Shown one piece after another: positions 22,001-32,825 of a stretch of 64,000 bases of DNA. The stretch covers positions 124,001 through 188,000 of the forward strand of contig JADIIX010000024.1 in the NCBI GenBank assembly GCA_027604505.1, in the 5' to 3' direction. Below the pieces are notes generated by a model. The model was given only the letters and a program-made list of their open reading frames with translations, made no database searches and had not been told where the DNA came from. Numbering within the stretch: the first letter of the stretch is position 1; the number at the start of each line of letters is the position of its first letter. The position numbers were made by a program, and so were the translations under genes. Source of the DNA: Gonapodya sp. JEL0774. Taxonomy: Eukaryota.

Positions 22001-24349
22001 TGCAAGAGATTGCACACCTACTGGATGCTCGGAATGCACTACGAGCTGAAATGGAGGATCGAATCGCTGCCATGGAGGATGAGGTGGCTGAGCTCACAAG
22101 ACAAAGCGCAGAAGCTCACCGAGTCTCCACTGTAGCGCAACAGGAGGCCGATGCCAGGATCGCGGACCTATCCAACAGCCTCGCAGTTCTAGAGGCTCGG
22201 CTTTCTGATGTCCGCGGAGATCTTGCGCAGGAGACGGATGCGAATGTCAATTTGCGGAACAAAATCTCGGCCCTAGAGCGTGAATTGGCTTCGACCGCCC
22301 GAGAATCGTCGGCACAAATATTCGACCTCACTGGACAGCTTCGCGATGCACATTCTCAGCTACAATGCACAAAGGGCGACCTCGACAGCGAGCGTGCCCA
22401 CAATATCTCCTTACGTTCAGAAGTGTCTGATCTTTCGCGACAGACCCAGTCTCTCGAAGCATCGCTACAGCAGGAGAAGCGGGAGAGGGAGAACCTCCAA
22501 GTAGAAATTTCGGCCCTCCGTCGCAAGCATGACCACGCTGCTAGGAGCCTTGCGAATCTGCGAGACTCTTCTGATCTGGAGATTGCCGGGTTGAAGAGTG
22601 AAGTAGATGGACTCGTTCGTCGTATGGACAAGGAGCGTGTAGCCAACGAGGAAATGATGACATCGATGAGAACAGATCATCATTCACTTTCATTAGCACA
22701 TGCTGAGGTCTGCCAGCAACGTGACAATTTAAGTCGTGAATCAGAGACCCTTGCGAAACAACTTTCCATCAGCTCAGCCGACAAGGCAGACCTATGGTCG
22801 CAGCTTATGGATGCCCGCAGTACCTACCCTTACTTTTCCAGTCAGTGCAACGCAATCGACCTGATGGAGCAGATTGCGCAAATGGACATTGCTGCTCGGG
22901 AACGTGCTGAAGACCTCGCCAAAACATTAGAGCAGGAGCTTGTCGAGGCGATGGAGTTGTTGGGGGAACTCCGTCGATCTGTGGTAAATGCGCATGAGGA
23001 GACTACCGTTTGGAAGATGAACTACGAAGCAGAACGGGAACGGAATCGGTTTGGTGAACAGATGGTGGAAAGTGTATCCAAGGAAAGAGCCAGATTGGTG
23101 GATATGACTGACTCATCTATTCACGAAAGTGCTACAGTGGTTGGTGACTTGAAAGCGAGCATTGCCTATGCGGATGCTGTTGTTGCTGATATCGTTTGTG
23201 GAGCAAGCGTTGCACAAGTAAGTGTCTTTTTCAAGTTTGCGTGCCTCCCTGCCATTCAACTTTCTACCATTCTCTCCAAGGTCAAGTATGCAGAAAGTCT
23301 TGTTGAGGAACAAGTAGCGTCCGCTAAGCGCCTCGTTGACTCTGCTGAAGGGAGGCGGGCTGAGCTTGAGACTTTGATCGTCCAAGAACGTTTTGCTCAC
23401 AACCAGGAAATGACACGATCTTGGGAGCAGCTACAGAAGTCCGAACGGGACTTCCAGCAGCTCATGACTGAGTACTCTTCGATGGAACAGGATCTGCGGG
23501 CAAACAAAGATGCTCTGGCGAACACGAACGCCCTTCTGCAGAACGCGCAGAAGGAGATGGAAGCGGCATCACACTTTCAAGAAGAGAACACCAAACTTCG
23601 ACAGCGAATCGAGCAAAACGCTGCAGCTGTCATGGACGCTGAGAGGAAAAGCAATGCGGCGAATGCAACATTAAGGATGGCGGAGCAGTTAGAAGAGCAG
23701 AACGCAGATCTACACGCTGCGATTGAGATGTGAGTTTTTTTTGGAGCCAAACCGGGACGAAGTCTAATAACGTCTTCACCTTAAGTCTGAGCACCCAAAT
23801 TCGGGAGTTGGAGGAGCAGAAAATGGAGCTCGAAGAAACTATGCGAGACCAACTCGAACTCATCATGAAGAAGCACAACCTTGCTGATCAGGAACTGAAG
23901 CAAGTTACCGAGATCAACGCCCATTTGCTTGGTCACCAGAACACCCGTCAGAAGATAAAGTACGTGGATCAAATCAAGAAGGAGAACTTGAAGTATAAGC
24001 AGGTGAGTCACGCGTACTTCCCACTGAGTGAAATACTTGCTCTGAATGATGCTATTTCATGTATCAGGAGCACGTGGACCTGACGTCCAAGCTCCAGAAG
24101 TGTCGCATTCGAATCATGAAATTGGAGCGGGATCTCGAAGCAGTCCGAGCCGTTAGCGTTCCACTTGGAATGTCGACGGAAGGAGATTCGTCTGCTGCTG
24201 CTCCCAGGCCCAGATCACGAGTTGGACGAGCGGTTTTGGCTGCCCGCGAGGAAACACCTCAGCCGTTGAGGTCAAAGAGCGCGGGAGCGCGCCCCGGAGA
24301 TAGGAACTTCACCCTCTTTGGAAATCGTGCCGGCGATGATGACAACTGA
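19017..24349 (+). CDS. HMMR: HMMR/RHAMM-like long coiled-coil spindle/centrosome protein; multi-exon
   Basis: Spliced N-terminus MSFPQAKRFESKQ/PLAENPAPGTYNL...FLGKSKRFNEQK resembles HMMR MSFPKAPLKRF..PSPGAYDV..FQKSQRFKQQK. Over 1100 aa of coiled coil. C-terminal LLGHQNTRQKIKYVDQIKKENLKYKQE matches the HMMR_C motif LLGHQNxKQKI. Confidence 0.85.
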
Positions 24350-24618
24350 GCTCAGAAGCGTTGGCTTAATTACGTCTCTATTTCTATAAAATAATCTTTG
24401 GAGCGGTTTTGTTTATGATGTTTGTTCCCCGTTGGAGGCAGTCAATAACGTTATTACAATATTCCTTTTTCAACCATACTGTGTGTCGAAACTCCATGAC
24501 AACAACTCCATTGCGAACGAACAGAGAAAGATAGCAATAAATGTGGGAATTATACTTGAGGCATGTTCTATTCATGATGTAATCTCAATGTACATTTCAA
24601 AAACTCTTCCATTTGATA

Positions 24619-25867
24619 TCATGCGGCCACCACGTTAAACCTATCAGAGAAAGTGAAATGACAATCGTGTGTGGGCTGAGAATGGTGGCGGTGTAATGAC
24701 AAGAACAGACAAGTCTCACCCAGCATCAACAAAGTGGATCCCGCCTGTAACGGATTTTGCGGCGTCGCTCACGAGGTAGGCCGCGAGCCCACCGACATCC
24801 TCTTGACTAGCCAGTTCCGGTAAGGGGCTCTTTTCTGCGTGACTCTTTTGAAGGTCCGAGAATCCGGCGATACCCGAGGCCGCTCTCGTCGCGATGGCAC
24901 CTGCAGAGATTGCGTTGACACGGATCTTTTTCGGACCAAGCTCCGCAGCCATGTATTTGGTAACAGATTCAAGGGCGGCTTTGACAGGTCCCATGATTCC
25001 GTAGTTCTTAACCACCTGTGTCGAGCCGTAGTAGGCTGTTGGAGAAGTGTGGTGGGAGTCGGAGACAATGAACGGAGTTGCTTGTGACAAGGGTCAAAAT
25101 TCCTTCAAGCAAGGAGACGTACTGAGAGTGAGCAAAGTGCCTCCATCCTTCATGAGCGGTTCAGCGAGCTTTGCCATTTTCACGAAGGAGTGGCAAGATA
25201 TATCCATCGCCAAAGCAAACCTGGGCCAGGAGGGCACAGCAGAGACGTCACGATCGCTTTGCAGCAGTCCTAGGTGGTGCGTTTAAGACTCACCCTTTGC
25301 CAGAACTGTCCACAACTCGGCAATGTAAATCCTCGCGAGGTGCGAACGCAACAGCGTGGAGGAGGAAGTCCAGCTTACCCCACTTCTCAGTCACGGCTGC
25401 GAACACAGCTTCCAGTTCTCCCTCCTTCAGGAGATCTAGAGGAAGGTAGAGGGAGCTAATATTACGGCGAAAGGTTCATGATAAGCGAAAGAAATTGGAG
25501 CCACCACGTAGATCGTAAGCGTTTCCCATGATATGAAACATCGTTATGAAGCGCAATCGGTGATCTCTTGGGAGTTTGTGTAACAAAATCTCTCCACAGC
25601 GTAGTTTTTAATTCTGCCCATTCCATTTAGCCATTTCAAAGTTCTTCTGCCCAAGATCCCCAACCATTTCACCCACTCTCACCTGTTCACCTGATCAGCT
25701 AAGGGTTTGACAAACTTGCCGGCTTTCTCGTTGAGATACGTGACGGCAAGTTCTGCGCCCATTTGGTGAAACGCTTTCGCACATCCCCAGGCGATGGATT
25801 GGTCGTTGGCGATGCCGACAACAAGACCCTTCTTGCCGGCGAGGGAGAAAATGTTCTGCTGTGTCAT
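24619..25867 (-). CDS. fabI: Enoyl-[ACP] reductase, bacterial FabI type (SDR); exons 25867-25683, 25455-25294, 25220-25123, 25035-24720, 24640-24619
   Basis: LAGKKGLVVGIANDQSIAWGCAKAF, WGKLDFLLHAVAFAPREDL, FALAMDISCHSF, catalytic Y-x6-K in NYGIMGPVKAALE, IRVNAISAGAIATRAASGI, TGGIHFVDAGFNVV. All four introns are GT-AG and phase-compatible. Confidence 0.95.
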
Positions 25868-27099
25868 GAGTGCTGGTGGATGGTGATGGATGATTTTGGG
25901 GATGAAGTACGCTATACAACCGAGGCCCTCGTTCGGGTGAACACGTTCCGGCAACCAAAGCAACCGGCGACCTTGCTGGTTTCCTATTTGAATTGCCCAC
26001 CAAGATTGTGAGTGGAATTCTCTGCATTCACCTTTAGTGTGGACTATTAAGACTGTCTCACGCGCCAACTAACCGTCGCGGCTTCCAGATCTGAAGCGTG
26101 CCAATTGTCGAGCGCAAGTAAGTTGCAACGGAAAACACACCAAAATCCAAACGCCCTCTGCTGCATGTGTCAAACGACTTTTTTTCGTCCAACTCATCAT
26201 ATGTTTGGACGTCCGTTATGCGTTCTCTTCTTGCGTGCGAAACAATAGCGTATTCAAGTCTTCAACAATGGTGAAAGTGTCTCACCGTATCTGGGTCTTT
26301 CACCGTCGGCAATACATTTTGTACGAAAAACTGCATGCCTTGAAAAGTACTTCGATTTTCATCACCACACGAAAGTCGCTCCACCTGCATAGTCCAATCA
26401 GGCTCCTCACTTCGGTTTACATAAAGACTCACCCCAACTTTTCACCCATCAATTCTCGCTAACCTCCTCATACACTCGAGCCTCAGTTCGCTAAGTTTTG
26501 GTGACGATGGTTATTTCGGTTAGCCACTGCTGCGGGACGATCCACTTCTGCCATGGTTTCACATTCCTCTGTCTTGAATGCTACGCACTTCCAATTTCGA
26601 AAAAAGGAGAACGCATTTAGTATTCAGCATGATTTCCAGCCTGAAACGATAGAAGGTAACCGATGATGACACTGGTCCCTATCGGTCGCACCGAAAGAGC
26701 ATCTTCCGTATATGTCGGTGCGACGCCATTGATCGGGATTCAGTCATGACGCCAGCAGAGCTTTTACCTTTGGCTCGGGTTGCTTCATTCTCGATCAACT
26801 TCATCGGCTCCGGGTCGCGGGAAGATTACAACCTCGCTCGTGGGGAACGGCGGACGCAAAAGAAATTGCTTCAAATAAATCAAATCAGACTTCATATACA
26901 TCTGCAATGAACGATGTTTCTCGCATTTCTTTGCGGGGGACAGTTGCCATCTGATTACGTCACAGTGATGAAAGTCGCCAACGTCGGCAGGCCACACAGC
27001 AGAACTTAGGGAGGAGGACCCTTACTCATTTACAAGTTGTTCAGAATTGATCAAAACCAACGTGTCTCTGCCAAAAGACTTCAATTCACCTAGAAACAA

Positions 27100-28288
27100 A
27101 TGCCTGCAATGCTTCTCCATCTTCTGGACATGCTGGGGAGATTCGGCTATTCAAACTTCGAACACCCACAGTCATGGCCGACTCTACAATCCGACGGGCA
27201 CGCGCCGCTCTCCCCGAGACTCGATGAATATTTCAATCAATCTCGAGTTGCTGTTTGTCAGGAAGGCAATGGAGTGTTGTCACCTGAACAAAACCTTCAC
27301 AATCTGTGCGGGTGGTTTCCAGAAATGCCCAGCTTGACTATGGGAACGAGTCTGACTCACATCTCACACGAGAGTGTCAATGTTGGAGGAAACTTGCACC
27401 AGGTGTGAATTCCGTGATTTTTTGCCCAATTGCGTACGAGACTCTCATTGACTTATTCCACAGAATCTTTGCGAAACAAACCTTTTTGTCCACGATGCTG
27501 ATGTATCGCACATCAATGAGAGCTTCCAAGTCACTGAAGCGGGGATCGCTGGGGCTAGTCAAGGTGAATGTACCATTTTCGCTTTCGTTGCTGATCGGCG
27601 CTGACCATACTAATACGTTGAAAATCGGGGCCTTCTCGTCATGAACACATTTCAACAGAGCCTGGGAAAAGAGAACTTCATCATGTGACTAAATTCGAAC
27701 GTCTACTGAATCTTGTGTTTCTATTCACTGATGTGATTCCTGAATGTTATTTTATTCTTCTTCAGGCTACTAGTTACTGTCGTATTTGCTTCATGACTTT
27801 CGAATGCGGCACCAGCAAAGTTGACTTGGACCCCAAACGTGGGGTCATTCTTGCGGAATACCCTGGTTGCCCACGGGTTGGAAATCACCAAGACTATTGC
27901 CCGTTACTCAAGCACATGATAAAGGACCATTCATCACAATGGACTACGATTGGATCCGAGATTGTCTGCCCAGTGCAAAATTGTGGCAAGAAGTCCAAAA
28001 AATCCAACATTGTTGTACACCGTAAGTTTTTGACTCTGCCGTAACTCACTCTGAAGGATGTCGACAGTCGATTACGCTCTTTAATTTGCTCAGTCTTCTC
28101 CCGGATTCACCACGGAAATTTGAATAAGCATTTTGCATGTATTCGATGCGGCAAAGGATTGAGAGATAAAGAAACGGCAGCAACACACTTGGAGATGTGT
28201 TCAGGCCTATTGCGGAAACGTGAAAGTGCGTAGGTGTGGTGATAGTCCGAAATTGCGACAATTGAATTGATTAGGGTTCCTTACATAA
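27100..28288 (+). CDS. Zinc-finger protein, paralogue of the 17017-18331 gene; multi-exon, start uncertain
   Basis: ATSYCRICFMTFECGTSKVDLD...YCPLLKHMIKDH; CPVQNCGKKSKKSNIVVH/LFSRIHH; FACIRCGKGLRDKETAATHLEMC. Three intron positions and phases are shared with the paralogue. Confidence 0.8.
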
Positions 28289-29304
28289 GGTCGACGCCAA
28301 GGAAGAATGAGGACGGGCGACGATTCTAAAGGACGTCTGGGTAAATCTGTCAATACAGAACGTGAATGTGAGGATCGTATTCCAGGTGTTCTGTGCTTTA
28401 TTCTGCACAATATTCCGGATTTCTCTACCAGGTATCCCCGGAAGTGTTCTGACCGCCAACTCTGAGGCAATCTCAAATGTGTACAATAACAGTGAGGATA
28501 TCCACGGATCAGCTCAGAAATTTATCTTCTGTAGGTCCACAAACTCGACTTCTCTCTTGTTGGTCAGCTCGTTAACTTTACTGTCCGTGGTAGACGAATG
28601 ACATCAGTTGGAAGATCAAGAATTCCACACCTATGTTCGCTGAGCGGCACAATGTACCAGTGAAGCTTTGCGTGCATGGTGCACGCTGGCCACGGCTTTT
28701 TTTTTTTTTTTTTTGTCATATATGTGCAACTGGGATAGGAGCTGGTAAAACTTGCAACGGCGGATGATCTCCCAAACAATTACATGAGATGAATACGAAG
28801 TCTTCGCTTTCTTTTAAATTGTTGCGTAAATTCTAATCCCATGTCAGGAAGCCAGAATTTGGAGTTTTCTGAGTTGTCGGCGGTTGAACGTCTTTGTCTC
28901 TCGGAGTTTTGTTCTCACCTGGCTATTGTGCTCTGCTGCTGGTAATAGTCATCCCGCTACATTAAACTATGTAAAGAACGTTTATATGAAAGTCCGAAAG
29001 TGTGGACTTTATTCCCTATGATTTGGAACTGGTGGGGAGTGTCAGTGGTTCTTTGTGTGCTGCCCTGTGCACCTCCTCGTGAACCTAGGAGGCGTCCACC
29101 GCCAGTCGCTGCGGAGAGTCCCGCTAGCTCTGTCTATAATGTGAGCATTTCAGCTTGGAGTGTGCGGTGCTGTGGCGTTTCGAATGCGTTTGGGTCCGAG
29201 GCTCATCTGCCCGCATACAGGTTTTGCAAGAACCCTCCCCCACTTATCGCACGCCACGAACACTCGACTCGCCATCCACAGTAACGCTCGGGAATCGGAG
29301 GGCC

Positions 29305-29452
29305 GAATCTTCTCGCCAGCTCGGGAGCCTCCCGGTGGGGAGATTTGGTCGGAATTGGTTGCCTCCCCCCCATGCCGGCCCGGAACTCATCGGTCGCAGG
29401 GTTGAATCTTTCCGCTGGCTCGGGAGCCTCCCGGCGGGGAGATTCAGTCGGA
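29305..29452. repeat. Two 49-bp direct repeats, 99-bp period, each able to form a hairpin
   Basis: GAATCTTCTCGCCAGCTCGGGAGCCTCCCGGTGGGGAGATTTGGTCGGA (29305-29353) and GAATCTTTCCGCTGGCTCGGGAGCCTCCCGGCGGGGAGATTCAGTCGGA (29404-29452). Confidence 0.85.
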
Positions 29453-29951
29453 GCAGTCGCGAAACTTCGAGTTGAAGGTCATTGAATTGGACTGTAGGTC
29501 TGATTCCCTGCTGTTCGCTTCTTTGTATCCGTAACCCAGATCAAAGATCCTGGATCATTGTTGCAAGGTATTTTTATTGTGCTTTCGCAATTTTCTTGTT
29601 CGGGTTCTCACATGTGTCGATCCATAGTTTGCGGTAGCAACCTTCGACTCCCCTCCCACAGGTCACCAGCACAAACATCGGCCGGCTGAGTTAGTGAAGT
29701 GAGTATTGTATGTTGGGAGTGGCCTGTGTCTTCCGAGTGGGTGTCTTAGTTCCTGTGTCTGTCTTGGACTGACTGATCACGTCGCTGGCAGGAGCGGTGT
29801 CATGAAACTGAATAGATAAGGATGTGTGGTTGACAGCTTGGTCGGTGCATTGATTTCAATTGAGATGCGGAGCAGGACTTCGATGGACAGGGCTTGATGG
29901 ACCGTGAATGGCGGAGGATCGGGGATTAGCAGGATCGAGGAAACGCAGAAC

Positions 29952-30038
29952 GGGGTGCCTTGGCGAGCGGCGTCCACGTCGCGCACCTTCGAAACGTCTG
30001 TTTGGCACTTGTGCTGGGCAGGTGGCTAAAGGCTCGCC
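29952..30038 (+). ncRNA. HDV/CPEB3-like self-cleaving ribozyme, copy B (predicted cleavage 5' of G at 29952)
   Basis: P1 GGGGUGC/GCACCUU, P2 GGCGAGC/GCUCGCC, P3 GCG/CGC, L3 UCCACGU, 12-bp P4 GUCUGUUUGGCA/UGCUGGGCAGGU closed by CUUG, J4/2 GGCUAA. The P1.1 positions read CG instead of GG. Confidence 0.72.
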
Positions 30039-30349
30039 GCATTTTGCTTGTGTAGTTACTCGCACGAAAATCTTTGTAACTATAATCGCAGGCGCGTCTC
30101 AAAATAGTACTAAGCGAGTCGTCGAGGGCTCGGTGATTGGACGGGTTTCACTCTCGCTTTCCGCCACTCTAACACTTCGAGCACCACAGAGTTCCATGAA
30201 ATATCTTACGAAATCTTCTTGGATTCACCTTGTTACCATTATCCTTCCGTCGTCCAGTTCAAACCAAACATGTTTTGACTTTCACCCTCCACCCTGACTT
30301 TCCGAAACCCATTCACATCACTTCGAATAACCATGCGGACCCTTGTCAA

Positions 30350-32431
30350 TTACTTTCCACCCATCGACCCATCTGTCATCCTCAGTCGACCCCAGAAGCC
30401 CCTCCAACTTCTCTTCCTGCGATTCTTCATGGTAATCCATGTCTATACTTGGGCGAGCACCTGGGAAGTGCATTGCTGGACGACGGTATACCACACGGGA
30501 ATGGAGATCGCCCCTTCACGGATGGTTCGCCATACAATTGTGAAAACTTTGCCTTTGGTGGAGCGCACACCGAAAGACTCTCACCGTCTCCCAACTCTGC
30601 TCACATCGCATCCATCGACTTCGAACACCAAGAGACAGAAATTTTCCCAGCTTGCTTTTGCGACCTCGTTCTCTGCTAATACCTTGTTCCCCCAGCTGAG
30701 ATCACTGTGTTCTCCATCACCCGCTTTAGGCAGATCCACACGAGGAATGTACGGCGCCGCAGAAGCTTCCCAAGCTCGAGCTTCGAGCGCTGCAAAGTGT
30801 GCCGGCTTGGAGCGATGCGTACCCCGGCCTGAACCTGGAGATTGGGTTGCAGAAGTAGATGTTGGTTCATTTGGGTGAGAAGGACCGACAGAATAGTACT
30901 GATACATGTCTCTGCAAACAGCTCTCGTACCTGATTGGTCTCTGCAAACAGCTCTCGTACCTGATTGATCTGCTTCCATCGCTTGCACGACGCCACTGGA
31001 GTCAGGAACAACTGCGCGACGGAGATCTTGCGACCTCGTGCCGAGGGTTGAAGCATCCGGCAGGCCTGGGTTGAATGCTGACGGAGATCGAAGTTCCTCA
31101 CACGGTTTTTGAAGAAGTTCCACAAAGTGAAAGTTTACCTTCCCTGTTTCCCTCCGCTCCCTCAACCACGACCTTCCTACCCACTTGCATCGGCTCCGGA
31201 GTTTCCACTCTCATGCCCTCCTCTCTGTACGATCTTTTCCTCTGAAGTGCGGTCTTTCTCTCCTTTGACGCGTCGTGAAGTGATTCGATTCCGGAACCGG
31301 CTGCATCCGGATGCGGAACTGGAGGAAGGGCCGCCGCAGCTTGAAGGACGGAAGCAGACATGCTAGATATGCACGTCGTAGAGGCATGAAGCAACTTTCG
31401 AAGTTAGTCCGCTATGCTTGATCAGATGGGTAGACTTGGCTCACACTGTGCCAGGTTGAGGAAAAGTAAAGTGGGCCCGGTATTCTGGAGAGATCTACGG
31501 TTGTACCAATGGATGACACATCAAGTAATCACGTGCGTGATAGTGCAGAGCCGTCACTGGATCGTTAGAGTGGTCTTCGCGCCCACACCGAATGATCAAG
31601 TCCAAACCTTGGAGCTCCACACTTCCCACCGTTCCTCGTCCCAGTCGACCTTTTCCCCGAGACCTTCACCAAAGCAAGGAAGTGTGACACATTTAAATGG
31701 AGAGCGTGGGTCACGCCAAGGATGACGGACGTGGGGGATTGGATGAATGGTGCCGGAAAGGCGGATCTGTTCAGATGAATTGAGAGAACGTGAAGGGCAA
31801 TAGACAGCAGACACCTTAAACGCTCTCAGGCCTCTGCAATAAATATCTCCTGAGAGCGTACCTGCTGCCCTGTGTGTGGGAAGTTCCAGGAGGCTTCCAC
31901 GAAGCGGGATCCTTTAAGAACGTCTTCGACCTTCTGCGTCCTTACGTCCGTGGCCATGAGGAGAATACTTCCAAAGCGAGAGACCAAATTTGGCGATAGG
32001 CTGGCATGATCCAGAATGCTCTGGTTATGAGGTGAAAGCGGGAAGAAGCCACGGAATGTGAAGGTGCGGTTTGCCGGTCTGAGGCGACCGGAACGATGAT
32101 CAGCTTCCAGAAACTGGAAAAGGGCTCAAATTTCTACTACAAAAATTCTCTTACCGGCCATTGGGATGGATCGTAGCGAGTTGCATGTGACCTTTCCATC
32201 AAAGCAAAGGATACGTCATCATCAGACTTCCCTTACCAACACACAAAATGACCACAAGTAAGACTCACGTGTTGCCTTTTCGTGTTTGTTTTCGTGTATT
32301 GCCTTCTCGAGAACTGGCCGCCATGGTGGAAGAGGATGGCCGTGGAACTCCGAATGCTGAAAGTCATTGTTTCCATCGTGATGATCTTCACCCAGAAGCT
32401 CAGCAAGAGAAGGAAGCATAAAAGTATCCAT
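30350..32431 (-). CDS. Pyridoxamine 5'-phosphate oxidase-like FMN-binding split-barrel protein (Alr4036/YGR017W-like) with long internal insertion; about 9 exons, start uncertain
   Basis: Spliced: PPWRPVLEKAI..RHMQLATIHPNGRPANRTFTFRGF..LMATDVRTQKV..VEASWNFPHTGQQ/IRLSG..WEVWSSK/ISPEYRAHFTFPQPG..[insert]..WENFCLLVFEVDGCDV..HSRVVYRR. Confidence 0.85.
30908..30967. repeat. Perfect 30-bp tandem duplication spanning a splice donor
   Basis: GTCTCTGCAAACAGCTCTCGTACCTGATTG twice. On the minus strand each copy contains CAG|GTACGA. Confidence 0.95.
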
Positions 32432-32825
32432 GGTCTTGAGGACTTTTATTTCGCTCCCTTCTTGGAGTCAAAATAATGGAATATGTTCAATATGACTCAC
32501 CACGACATTCGGTGGGGTAGGAGCCCCCGGAGATCGAACGGAAAACACACAATTCCGATAGTAAGGTGAAAAGACATCTTAACTATCTTTAGCACTTTGC
32601 TTAATCGCGTAAATCGCCGTACAGAACCTCAATACCACCGAATTCGACCTTGCGCCACGCCGTGACAGAACTTTACATAAGTTGAGCTCATCAATATTCA
32701 GGTTGAACGCGCTACCTTCAGCTTGTTCAGATGTGCTGATGATGTACTAATGATTTTTGCCCAAGCGGATGCACCAAAACGATTCCGATTCACTTCACCC
32801 TTCAACTTGTAATATTCTAATCGAT

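Noticed and set aside
24619..25867. Bacterial contamination explaining fabI
   Set aside because: The gene has four spliceosomal introns and is contiguous with eukaryotic genes.
26666..26747. SECIS element
   Set aside because: The spacing between AUGA and the AA loop does not fit, and no upstream selenoprotein gene was found.
28959..28972. 14-nt match ACATTAAACTATGT to 11364-11377
   Set aside because: Matches of this length are expected by chance in 64 kb, and the flanks do not align.
31767..31861. TPP riboswitch suggested by CTGAGA in an intron
   Set aside because: The downstream CCUGA..GUAAU..GCG.AGGGA core is absent.
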